A stretch of 64,000 bases of DNA from Azolla caroliniana (taxonomy: Eukaryota > Plantae > Polypodiophyta), in assembly GCA_043228905.1 (NCBI GenBank), contig JBHGNT010000006.1:13826001-13890000 (forward strand). The letters are read 5' to 3'. Below, in pieces: positions 33,066-45,100 of the stretch (position 1 is its first letter; each line of letters starts with the position of its first letter). The notes below the pieces were generated by a model. The model had not been told where the DNA came from, searched no databases, and saw nothing but the letters and a program-made list of their open reading frames with translations. Both the position numbers and the translations under genes were made by a program.

Positions 33066-35280
33066 TTCACCAAAATCATCTAAGAGTTGCGCGAATTCTT
33101 CGGAGTGTTGGTTCGCTAGCGCATGATAGTCTTGCGCTAGGTCCTCCCGTACGACCGCAATGCTCTCCTCATTTAGTTTATAGAAACCTCGACCGTCTTT
33201 TCGCCGGTTCTCCCAGTCCGCACGATATGCGTGTAATTCCGCTGCTTGGGTTTCCCACACCATCCATCCTTTGTCTAGCGCCGTTTTCAATTGCACTGTG
33301 AACCTCTCCCGATTTGTTTGGAGAAGGATCCGCACATTATCTATGATGGACTGGCAACGGTTGCGTGCGTCTTCCATCGACTTCTGGAGATTTGCGATTT
33401 CCTGCTATTTAACCGTTGCCGCTTCCTCATACGTGGCCTTCAGGCCCGCCCACAGCTGGGATTCCTTTGCATGCTATTCATCTAATTTCCCCATTTCATT
33501 GTTTAGACGGATTTCGAGCTGATGCCTTCTGTCTTGTTCGACCACCAATTGCTCATCGAACCATACCTTCTTTTTTTCTAATAAGGCCCGGAGTCCCGCT
33601 ATGGCGGCCTCCGATTTCTTCGCGTTCTCCCGTAATTGGGCGTTGTCATCTTTTGTCCGGATGTGCTGAGCTACCTCCGTAGCGAGTTTCTCTTCAAGGG
33701 TTTTTACTGCCTTCCGGCCGTTAGCCCGTATCTCCTTTTCTCTGTCTGAGGATTGGCATAGTTCTTCTCGAAGGCAGTCAATTTCTGATTCCGCTAGTTG
33801 CAAGACCCTTTTTGGTTTTGAGCCGATGGCGGTCTGCGCCTCTATTACTTCTTTTAGGGTGTCGTTGACGTGGTTCTGTGGTGGGGTTGCGTGTTGCGCC
33901 GTAATCGCGTGAGCTTCCAACTCCGCGATGCGTGCATTGGCTTTTTGCAGTTTGGCTTGGATCAATTTAACCTTCTTCCAGACATTCTTATTTTTTATGG
34001 CCATCTCCTTGGCGCCCGTGCTGACCTTTGCTAGTTCCCGATGGACTTTGACTAGGGCCGTGTTTAAGGGGGGTATCTCCATCCCCACTCGGCGTACCCC
34101 GGCGTTCCGCTGTCTGCTGACCCTGGCTAGCCGGTCCTCATCGTCGCTCTTCATTGTTTGTGTTAGGGCGCGCTCGATCATTTGGCATTCCCCATGCTCT
34201 TCGGCCATTCGTTGGGCGGCTTTTACCTGTTGCGTTGCTAGGAACTCCATGAGCTCAAAAGAAGTACCGAACTGCAAGAGGGCGCTGAACTCGTGGGCCG
34301 TATCCGGGATATCCAGATATGCCAAAACCTCGCTTTCCGCCGTCAATACGGCTTTCCCTCGTTGGGACTGGGTCGTAATAATCGACGGTGGCTCCTGGAT
34401 GATTTTGAAAGTGGTATTGGTTTCCGCTATTGTGGAGCCATTGCCTTCGGTTGGTGTCTCTATCGCCGTGGGGGCATTTTTTACCAACCCCCACCATCTT
34501 TCGTATCCAATCTACGCCGTTTTGGTATGGGGCTTTCCTGCCGTGTTTCGGTGTCTGGCTCTGGGGCTGCTTCCATGGAACGTGTCAGTTGTTCGTCCTG
34601 CGCTGTCCGTGTGTCCGGTTGGTCGGTAGGGGGTGTTGTCCTTGGGTCTGGCTGGGCGGGTTGGGGTTCCTCTTCCCACTCTGGGCCGATAACTCCGCTA
34701 ACCTGCGTTTCGCGGATCGGGGCGGGGGTGTGGGTCGGTTGGGCTGCGGTGCCGGCAGGCCGCGGGGTGGAAATAGTACCGTAAGGTATTGTTGGATGAT
34801 CGGCCTTCGCTTTTTGCCTGCTTGGTACGCATGCAAGCCTTCCCTTAATGCTGGCCCTGTGATGACCCCCCAATCGACGGCACACCCTTCAAAGGTATCG
34901 ATAATGATGCCCGCCTTCTGCTTAGGCATCCCATATGTGTTGACATGTACACAGCCGACTTCTAGCAGGAACTTGGCAACTTCACGGAAGAAGGGATCCG
35001 GAATCTGCTTTGTTCTATAGGCCTTGGCGGAGGAGGAATATGGACCAAAATACCGTTGCAGCGCCTCTGCAGGAGGTATTTCGAAATGTCTTTCGCCTAG
35101 TGAGGATAGGTCCAACTTCTTCCGGATGGAAGAGTTGGTGACCGTGTCGATGTTAAGCTTCCGGGCAATGTCCATGGCATCCGAGTGCGGAGGTGCTTCT
35201 GCGACCCGGATGTAACCATCCAGGCGTTTCTCCACGAGCCATCGGCGTAGGTCGGTAGAGATGAAGATCGGCATCGCCAG
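33066..35280 (-). pseudogene. Gypsy G accessory ORF downstream of pol (globular N-terminus plus coiled coil); continues at 23809-23671 across the DNA transposon
   Basis: ORFs 34585-35274, 33474-34487 and 32943-33377. It is similar to the gypsy F ORF at 40395-41741 (KAY, FREVA/FREIA, MPK..AG.II, VDW). Confidence 0.7.
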
Positions 35281-35289
35281 AGTAGGTTT

Positions 35290-38200
35290 GTGGGCAGTAA
35301 TCCGTGGCTACCAATATGTATTTATTACCTGTATGGGCCGCCGCTGGTGTGAAGGGCCCTACAAAATCTAATCCCCACTTTTGGAAGGGGTCCAGCGGTA
35401 ATACGGGCTGGTGTCGCATCCTTGCGTTGTCCGCGGGCTGACCCATCCGTTGACACAAATCACACTTTCTGCAATACTCGGATGCGTCCTTCTGTGTTGT
35501 TGGCCACCATAAGCCCGCCTGCCATACTTTCCGGGCTGTTACGTCACCGGCGTAATGGCTGCCTGCCGTGCCGCAGTGTGCCTCCCGTAAAACTGCTTCC
35601 TTCTCATCCTGACGGACACCACGTCACAAAATGTCATCACTTCCTTTGTGATATAAAACGCCTTCGACGAGGCAGAAGTGACGGCTTCGGACGTCTAGTT
35701 GTTTCTTCTCGTCCGTGTGTAATTGTGGTGGAGGCAGTCCTGTAGGTAAAAAGTACGTCATTTCCATAAGCCACCGGTTTGGAAAGGTTTTTTGTGCTAG
35801 TGTCGCTACCCGGAGGATGTCAGCGTTCGGAAAATCGTCGTCGTCTTTCTGTACTATTTCTCCATTCTCAAGTCTGCTAAGAAAATCCACCACTGTGTTG
35901 CGTCCCTGGTCGGTGCTGAATTACGAAATCGAATTCTTGGAGTAGCAGCATCCACCGTGCCAATTTCCCTGTCAGGGCTTGTTTCTCCACCAAATATAGT
36001 AGTGCCGAATGATCCACGTGGAACGTGAATTTCCTTCCTAATAAATAGTGTCTCTAGCACCTCCCGCTCTGTTGTGGAATAGTTACGCTCTGCTGTTGAC
36101 AATTTAGGAGTAGCGTAGTATACTAGCTTGTACCAGTTTGGTTCGGTGAGCTGCATTAGTGCGCTTCCTATTGCTATGTCTGAGGCGTCAACGAACACGT
36201 GGAATGGCTTTGCCCAAACTGGTGGTTGTACGATGGGAGCCTGTGTGAGCATTATCTTGATGGCCTCATAGGCCTTATCCTCCGTTGTAGTCCATTGGAA
36301 AGGAGTCCGATGTACGGCAGCGTGTAGCGACGTGGCAAAGTCCGCCAAATACCGTATCATCTGACTATGCCACCGTATTTGTCCTAAAATCCGGCTAAGC
36401 GATTTGGCATTTGTCGGAGATTTGGCTTGCGTAATCGCGGAGATCTTGTTTGGGTTGACCACTATTCCCTCCTTGCTGACTATATGGCCTAGGAGAGTCC
36501 CGCTGATCATGTGGAAGGCACATTTCGCGGGATTCAGGCTTAAGCGTGCGGTGCGGCAACGTTCCAGGCACAGTCGTAAGTGCGTAAAATGGTTTATTGT
36601 TCTCCCATATACCGCAAAGTCGTCTAGAAAAACTTGCATGAACGCCGGAATGTATTCCCCAAAGATCTCTGTAATCGTCCGTTGAAAGGTTGCCAGTGCT
36701 GTCTTTAGCCCGAACATCATGACGATTGCCACATCATAAGTGCGTAAAATGGTTTATTGTTCTCCCATATACAAAGTCGTCTAGAAAAACTTGCATGAAC
36801 GCCGGAATGTATTCCCCAAAGATCTCCGTAATCGTCCGTTGAAAGGTTGCTGGTGCTGTATTTAGCCCGAACATCATGACGACTGCCACATATACTCCCC
36901 AGTCCGTGACAGACGTTGTCTTCTCCTGGTACTCGGGATGCATGCGTACCTAGTTATAGCCACTGAAGCCATCTAAAAAACTGTACATCTCATGGCCTGC
37001 GATGACGTCTAGTACGCTATCGGTGAAGGGTAAGGGAAATGCGTCCGTAATGGTTACGATGTTTAATTTTCGGTAATCTACACATACCCGTATTTTGCCG
37101 TTTTTCTTTGGGATGACCACTATCGGGCTTAGCCATGTCACTTGTTTAACTGGTCATATGAACACCGCCTTCAAGAGCTTCTCAATTTCTTCTTTCACGC
37201 GGGTCGCGTAGTTGGGGTTCATGCAGTAGCGGCGCTGCTAGATGGGTTTCGTGTCAGTTGCTAAATTGATCTTATGCTGATAGAACTTGGGATCTAACCC
37301 CTTCATGTCCTCGTGAGCCCAAGCAAACACGTCTTTATATTCCGTGAGTAGTGCGATCATCGTGATTCTCTGGTCCGGCCTTAATTCCTTTACGATGGAG
37401 AGGAACCGGGGCTCCGATTCTGTACCCACATTTACTTCTTCGAGAGCGGAAGCGGTGACTCATCGTGAAATCTCCATTTCCCTTTCGAATGCCGCTCGTG
37501 CTCAGCTGAGTTCCAATATGGCCTTTGGGTTTGGTTCGTAGGGCTCGTCGTGGGGAACAGTGTCCGTGGCATATTCTTCCGCGGTTGCGATGACATCTAT
37601 TTCGAACAACGGAATAATCTAAGGGTGTTCGTCGAGGTATGCCTCCAATTTTGCATCCTCCACCCCAGCCAACATATTTATATCCTCAGCCTATAACGGT
37701 GTTATACCCTTAGGTTGTGGCGTGCAGCCTTCCGTAGGTACGCAAACCTTGTTGCGTCCATGATGGAAACTGATACACCCTTGTTGCCAGCTCTGCTTGA
37801 TATTTGCTGTCCAAAGCCATGGTCTGCCCAAAAGCACTAGGTACGCCTCTGGGGCGTCCAAAGCGAGGATGACCACCGAGATGTTGAAGCGGTGTCCACC
37901 CACGATGATGCCTATTTCGCGAATTAGCCCCAACGGTCGCACTGAGCGGGTATCTGCCATGCGGAGCCAGAATGGAAAAGCCTCCCATTCGGAAATGCCT
38001 AATTGCTCGCAAGTTTCCGCACTAATAACATTGACGCCTGAGTCGCCGTCGATTACGCATCCAGGAACTTCCTGTCCTTGCTATATTACCGTAATAGCCG
38101 GGCTGTGTTGATCCACCACCGGCGGTCCATCGCTAACGTCTGTCAGGTTTGTGGCGACACCTGCCCCATGTATGCCCGTCACCCGTTCTTCCATGGTCGT

Positions 38201-39687
38201 GCGGAAGCGTGGAACTAACTGTAACGTTATTTCACAGCCTGCTAACGCTTGCCAAATGGGGTCCGGACCCGGTCTTTCGTTCTCTGTTCGCTCCATTGTG
38301 TTTGCGGACTCCTTCCGCATGCATTCCGTATTTGTCGCGTTTGCTTTTTCCACCCACGCTTGGGCTTGGCGACGTACCTCATCTTGTGCAGCCCAATCAG
38401 CCGTTTTTGTTTGCTGGCGTGTCGTGACTTGTTGCACTTCCGTTGTAATCGTATTGACAGCAGGCCCCTTCCCCTTGCGTGTTGGGCATTGCATGGCATA
38501 ATGTCCAGGTTGCTGACAAATGAAACAGTGGATGCTTGATTTACCCTTCTCGGCTCCTAGTGGTGTGTGCCGCTCCCCTGGTGCTACTTGCTCCTCGCGG
38601 TCCGGCCTCGTTTGTCGGAACATATGCGGTGGTTGTTGTTGGTCCCATCGTTGTTCTTGGTGCCGCTCATCTCCCGAGCTTTCGTCGTAACGCCGGTGAT
38701 CTCGATATTGTCGTGGCTTACCACGATAACCATTGAAGCCGCCCCGTTTGTTTGTCGGCCGGTGATTCTCATAGCGCCGACCCCCTTGGCGTAAGTCGGA
38801 GTTCCACGGTACTCCTCGTCCTCTGGTTCGTCCTCCTCTGAATTGTTGTGATGTCGGCGATTCCGGTGGTGCCAGTCATCCCAGGGGTTGCGATCCCTAT
38901 ACCGTGGTCGGTGTTCCTGCCTCCTTTGTTCAGTCCGGTGTGGTGGATGTTGCGTGTCCATGTTGCGGACTGCAGGAACGGCTCTGTTCAACATATTGTA
39001 TTCGCATTGGTCGACTGTGTGAGCCTTCGAGTGGCAGATGGGACAGTGGATTCGCATATTGCATTCCAATGCGGAATGCCCCGAGTTCAAGTAAATCGTG
39101 CACTGGATGGCTTGACGAAATTGGCGTTCCTCGTCCTAGGGTAACGCTTGTCGTAAGGAGGACATAGAAAACCTTTCTTCCTCGTCACCCAACTCGAGTT
39201 GTAATGCACGTTCAATTACCATATTAGTCGTTTCCCCTTTCACGCTATTGTTGTTGAGCGTTTCCCGAATGGGCCAGCGTAACGCTGCCAGAAATGTTTC
39301 TCGAGCCTCGTCCTCCGCGGGGCTTCGTTCCAGTTTCCGTCGTAAATTTTGGAAACGTAAGCTGAAGTCTGCTATCGTCTCGGTCGGTAGTTGCTTAATT
39401 GTATAAAACTGCCCGAGAATCTCGCGTTGTGGAACCCTCTGATGGAAGAACCGCAAGAAAGCGGACTGCAACTGATCGAAGGTTGCTATGGCTGGTAAAT
39501 CCATCTGTGAATGCCAAAATGCCACACGCCCATCTAATGTTAATCTGAACTCCGTCATTTTCGACTGGTGTGCCACCACCTCGGAGAGGCTCTGCGCCAT
39601 GTGGTTCGCATTCCAGACATTCGGGAACATGCGAATATGAGTTGCGGCGTCGGTTTCGCCGTTAAAACGGGGGTAGGCAAAGGCCAT
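35290..39687 (-). pseudogene. Gypsy G gag-pol (degenerate)
   Basis: gag MAFAYPRF..., CFICQQPGHYAMQC, IRVCVDYRKLN, FLDGFSGYN, FLDDF, VDASDIAIG and KWGLDFVGP. Confidence 0.9.
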
Positions 39688-40394
39688 AGTGGGAGCTATG
39701 GCGGGTCGGGAAAGACCACAGGGTGGCTATGGTGAGCGTGGTCTCTGCATCTCGTCAAGGTGTTGGAAGAGCGACGAATCCCCTTTCTAATCACAGGAGG
39801 TAGTACTGAAGTCGTTGAGGCGCGGCTTTTGCTGTGCGCGTTCTTCTGCCTGGCGTGTGACGGACCTTGTGATTGGCCGGTCTTGTTGTGTGGGTTCTCT
39901 AGGGCGTCTGCGGCTAAACATCCATTCGTCGTTGTTTGTCTGTGAAAAAACACAGATCACCGGGCGTGCCAAAAGTGTTGCCGATTAGGAACACGGTCCG
40001 CGGTCAGTCCTTCGACCTAGACCTCAAAGTGGGTGTGGAACAACGAACAGGTGTTTAAGCGTAATGCGTAGGGGAAGAATCCCTGTACCCTATCAGTGCA
40101 TAAGGGAGACGGCTACAACCGAATCCCTATCACGGGTTACACTTACGTACTTACACGCTTAGGTATTCAAGACACAGTGAATTAGCCGTAGCTATACACG
40201 GGAAATTAGAGAAGATAGAATTCTATTATCAGGTGTTTCTTTACATTCCCCAAAATTACACGCACCTCTATCAGAGGTTTTTTTGCCCTTTATATATGCA
40301 GGGTCTATTTAGCCGTTCACGCTTCCTGCGTGAACCGTTACATGCGTTATGCTCTTATATAATTTCTTATTCCTACACTTTTGTCCGTCGGTTA

Positions 40395-41741
40395 CTATTT
40401 CGGCGGACAACACATCGATGCCACCGGTTCTAATTGTTTTGGTCCTTCGATGACCAGCTTAGTTGCCTCTTCTCTGGTCTTTTCCATTTCTTGTTCCATG
40501 CTCCAGATTCTCGACCAGGCCTTCTCTAGTTCTTCAGTTGTGGCGAGCAACCGATCGATGTGTGCTCTTTCTTCTGCTTCAATGTGGCACACCACCCCGG
40601 CCACTTGTTCTCCTATCCACCATAGCCATTGGCTGCCGATGCTTTGTTGCCTTGCCGGTTCTAGTCGTGGTGTGGCTTCCTCACTCGTCAGGAACATATT
40701 TTGGGTGGTTAGCGGTAGTTCATGTTCTTGTTGTTGCTGCTGCGTCGGTGACACCGGTAATTCAACCACCGGTTTTTGAATATCCGGTTCCGCTATTTCT
40801 TGCCGCACAGGTGCTTCTAAGACCGGAGCTGGTTGAACCGGTTCTAACTCCTTCCTGGTTTGCAGCTCCTCGGGGCGGGGCTTTGGGATACTGTCCCTTA
40901 CCAGACTTGATTCCTCCCCTTTGTGGCCCTCATCGCGTATCAGTTTGCAACGTAATAAGGGCTCGGCAAGTTCTTCTTCCTGCTCCTCTACTAGGGTTCC
41001 GCTATTGATTAACGCCGCCAAGGGGTCTTGCTCATGTTGTCCCGATTGCTGTTCGGGTCGGCGCAGTTTAATTTTTAAGGGTCTGACTGGTGTCTCCTTC
41101 GCCTTTTGTGAGGAGCCGGCCGCTTTCCATCCGATCGCTTGTTTAGCCAGGAGTTGTTGCCTTTTTGAAGGTTGGTTGGGGGTTGATTTAGTCCATCTCC
41201 CCCGCTTCTTCTGCTGTATCAGCTCTACCGATGGTGCTAAAAGAGTGAGCCATTGCACCACCACCGTCCACATCTTCTTGCCATCCTTTACTAAGTCTAT
41301 GGCTGCGCTCAGACTGTCAGCAATGATCACCAGCCAATCCACTTGTACTCCCTGATAAGTCCCTATAATCAAACCGGCTCTGTTCTTTGGCATAGCCGGG
41401 GGTCGAGGGTGTACATGCCCATACTCATGAAGCACACGAGCGATTTCTCGGAATAGAGCGTCGTCGTTGACTTGCATCTAGTATGCCTTGCTGGCCAGGG
41501 AGTACTCCCCGAAGAACTTCATGAGCATCTCTGGTGAAGGGTTATCGATCGAGAATATTCCGCCCTTCGGTAAATAGGTCATGGCGCGGATGGCCTCTTC
41601 TGTGATGACCTCCGTATCGATCTCCTGCACGACTTTCTCCACCTCGCCGTGCGAAGGTGCCTCGACTATTCTCAGCAACCGTTCCAACCCGTATTGCCAG
41701 AACCATTTCTTGGCCACTTCAAAGAGTGCCATGTGTTCCAT
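40395..41741 (-). pseudogene. Gypsy F accessory ORF downstream of pol
   Basis: The in-frame ORFs 41478-41741 and 40395-41477 are separated by a single TAG. The product is homologous to the gypsy G accessory ORF and has a coiled-coil-like C-terminus. Confidence 0.7.
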
Positions 41742-42149
41742 GTGGTCGTCTTAGTCTGTGGGACTTGGTAGAACAGGTACGTTTGTGCGTTCTTCTTGCT
41801 TTCGTCTGATCACCCTTAATCGGCTCTGTGCGCTTAGTGCTCTGTTCTCACGAAATGAGAGGGACTCTATGAGGCAGAGGTTTTGTCTCTCCATGCTTGG
41901 CACCTTTTCTCGAATTTCCGCACATGCACATCGTGTACTATTATAGTAGTCGGTTGACACATGGTGGGCTTTTAAAGAGGCTTTAATTAGCCACGAACCA
42001 CATACCTTTTCAAAAGTTCTCGTTCGCTCCTCGCCTATGTGCCATGATGATTTTTTTATTTTTTTATTTTTGTTAATTTAAATTTTTAGTCCTGGTTTTC
42101 TGGTAACACCGGCTCCTCTTGGGTGCCGGCCAGTTGCTTGTCACTTCCA

Positions 42150-45100
42150 GTTACCACGTCGGTCTCCACCTAATGGAACGGGTTTGGTGGCAGGGGCCTA
42201 TAATAGGGTTTAAGCCGGAACCCATTGACCCATTTGTCCAGTACTTCGCCGGCAAGAGTGCCTAACTAGTAAGAACCGTTGAATTCTCGCGTGATCCAGT
42301 ATGGTCCGGTCCACCAGAACCGTAGCTTGCCCGACATCTTACCCATCCGGGTCTGAAACACGAGCACCGGCTTGCCGATTCCGAACAATTTCTCATTTCC
42401 CTTCCGGTGCCAGTCGACGAGTGCCCTCCTTCATCGCTACTCCAGTTCCAACTACATGACACTCGCTATCTGATGCTCTTCCAACTCACATAGTGCTGCC
42501 AATCGGATTTTCTCTAATTCCTTTTCATTCAATCACTCCCGAACTTGTATTCGTAAGTTCGGTATTACGATACTTGAAATTCAATCGGCATCACCGCATC
42601 TAGTCCGAACGCTAACCGGAATGGTGTCGACCTGATGCTCGTTTTATACGCCGTCCGGTAAGCCCATAATGCACTGTACAACTTCGTGTCCCAATCGGTC
42701 CGGTTCTCGTTGACGATCTTCCGGAGGATGTTCTGTAGTGTCTTGTTGGTGGACTCGGCCAATCCGTTGGTCTACAGGTAGTATGGAGTGTTGCGCTTGT
42801 GTACTACCGCGTAGAACGTTGTTAGGCTCTCCACTACTTGACCGAGGAAGTGTCCACCCTGGTCGCTAATTAATTCGATAGGATGTTCTGTAGTGTCTTG
42901 TTGGTGGACACGGCCCATCCGTTGGTCTACAGGTAGTATGGAGTGCTGCGCTTGTGTACTACCGCGTAGAACGTTGTTAGGCTCTCCACTACTTGACCGA
43001 GGAAGTGTCCACCCTGGTCGCTAATTAATTCGATTGGACATCCATAACGGCACCAGATGTACTCATAAAGGAACTTCGTCGTTGATGCCGCAGTATTGTC
43101 TCACAAAGCCTTGGCCTCTACCCACTTGGTGCAATAATCCGTAGCGACAATGATGTATCTGTTGCCGGTTCGCATGGCTAGCGGCTTGAATGGTCCAACG
43201 AAGTCTAGCCCCCATTTTTGAAATGGTTCCTGTGGTAGTACCGGTTGGTGAGGCATCCGCGCCTGTTCTGTCGGTTGGCCCATTTGTTGGCACAAATCAC
43301 ATTCCTTTGTATATCAGATGGAATCTGATAGTGTCGTTGGCCACCATAGCCCACTGCGCCATATCTTTCTTGTTGTAGCTTCACCGGCATAGTATCGTCC
43401 AGCGACTCCACAATGTGCTTCCTGTAATACGGTGTCCTTTTCATCACTCCGCACCGCTCTCCGCCATATTCCATCGGCTCCCTTGTGGTATAGGGTGTCC
43501 TGTAATAAACAAAAATGCCGGCTTTCGAGCGCCAATCGTTTCCACTCGTCTCTGTTCATCTTTTCCGGAGGTAGTCCCATGCTTAAGAACTGATGCATGT
43601 TCATTAGCCATTTGTCCTCATCCGGAATTGTACTATCCGCCGTGATTTCTGCTGTAATTTTAAATAATTCGACATCCGGAAACTCATCTGGTACGCCATC
43701 ACCGGCCTCGTCGATTTCTAACCAGCTCAAATAGTCAGCAACTGCGTGTTGTATACCCGATCGGTGATAAATTTTGAACTCGAATTCCTGTAATAGCAAT
43801 GTCCACCGGGCCAGCTTACCTGTGAGGGATGCCTTAGAGACCAAGTATAAAAGTGCGGAATGGTCTACATGAAATGAAAATTTACGGCCCAACAAATAGT
43901 GCCGGAACTTCGTGACACTATAAATCATCCCCAAGGCCTCTCTTTCCATTGTGGAGTAATTTTGTTCCGCTTGGGACAATTTCTGGGTGGCATAGTATAC
44001 CGGCCGGTACCACTTGGGTTCGGCTAGCTGCATAAGTGTGCTGCAGATTGCTATGTTTGACGCGTCGACGAACACATGAAACTCTTTGGACCAATTCGGG
44101 GGTTGTACTACCGGTGCCTGCGATAGTAGTACTTTTAGCACGCGGTAAGCGTCATCCCCTATAGCCGTCCATTGAAACGGTGTTCGGTGAACCGCAGCAT
44201 GCAGCGGTATTCCAAGATCCGCCAGATACCAGAGCACCCGACTATCGTTGGTGCTACTTGATGCTTTTGTTGTTGTTGGTGCTGGTGCCTCTAGAATTGC
44301 TCTGACTTTGTCAGGGTCTACTGCTATCATGTCCTTGCTGATAATATGGCCAAGTAGCGTACCACTAGTCACCCCAAACACACACTTTGCCGGGTTCAAG
44401 CTTAGCCGGTACCCACTGCATTTCTGTAGGAATAACCGGAGATTGTCCAGGTGTTCCCCTACTGACTATACACCGTGAAGTCGTCTAGGAACACCTGCAT
44501 AAACGTCGGGATGAACTCTCCAAATATTTCCATGATTATCCGCTGAAAGGTAGTTGGCGCCGTCTTGAGTCCAAACATCATCACTAGGGCAACAAAAACT
44601 CCCCACTCGGTAACGAACGCCATCTTTTCTTGGTCTTCAGGGTGCATCCGTATTTGATTGTAATCATTGAATCTGTCTAGGAAGCTATATACCTCATGAC
44701 CGGCTACCGTGTCCAGAACTCCATCCGTGAATGGAAGTGGAAAGCCATCGGTCACCATCGCGGCATTCAATTTCAGGTAATCCACGCACACCCGGATCTT
44801 CCTGTTCTTCTTCGGCGCGAAGACTATCAGACTCAACCATGTGGCTTTCTTTACCGGCTGGATAAAACCAACTCAGAGTAACTTGTCGATCTCTTCTTTT
44901 ACCCTTACCGCATAATTAGGGTTCATTCGGTAGCGCCTTTGTGCTACCAGTTTGGCATCTTTGCTGAGATGTATCTGATGTTGATACAGCTACAGATCTA
45001 GCCCTCACATATCCTCATAGGACCAAGCAAATACGTCCTAGAATTCTTTCAATAATGTAATCATTGTCATTTTGTTTTCCGGTGACATTTCTTTGGCAAT

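Larger units (their letters stand above)
22443..40394 (-). mobile_element. Gypsy G: rearranged Ty3/gypsy element inside gypsy F (one LTR only)
   Basis: LTR at about 39976-40394 with PBS TGGCACGCCC at 39961-39971. gag at 39687-38500, then PR and RT/RH at 37141-35624. The integrase core is deleted at about 35290. An accessory ORF lies downstream. No 3' LTR was found. Confidence 0.75.

Noticed and set aside
22443-34781. The 1.2-kb direct repeats as LTRs of an element carrying the MTase
   Set aside because: They are coding sequence of the gypsy accessory ORF with no TG...CA ends, PBS or PPT. The true cargo boundaries are the TIRs with the TTCA TSD.
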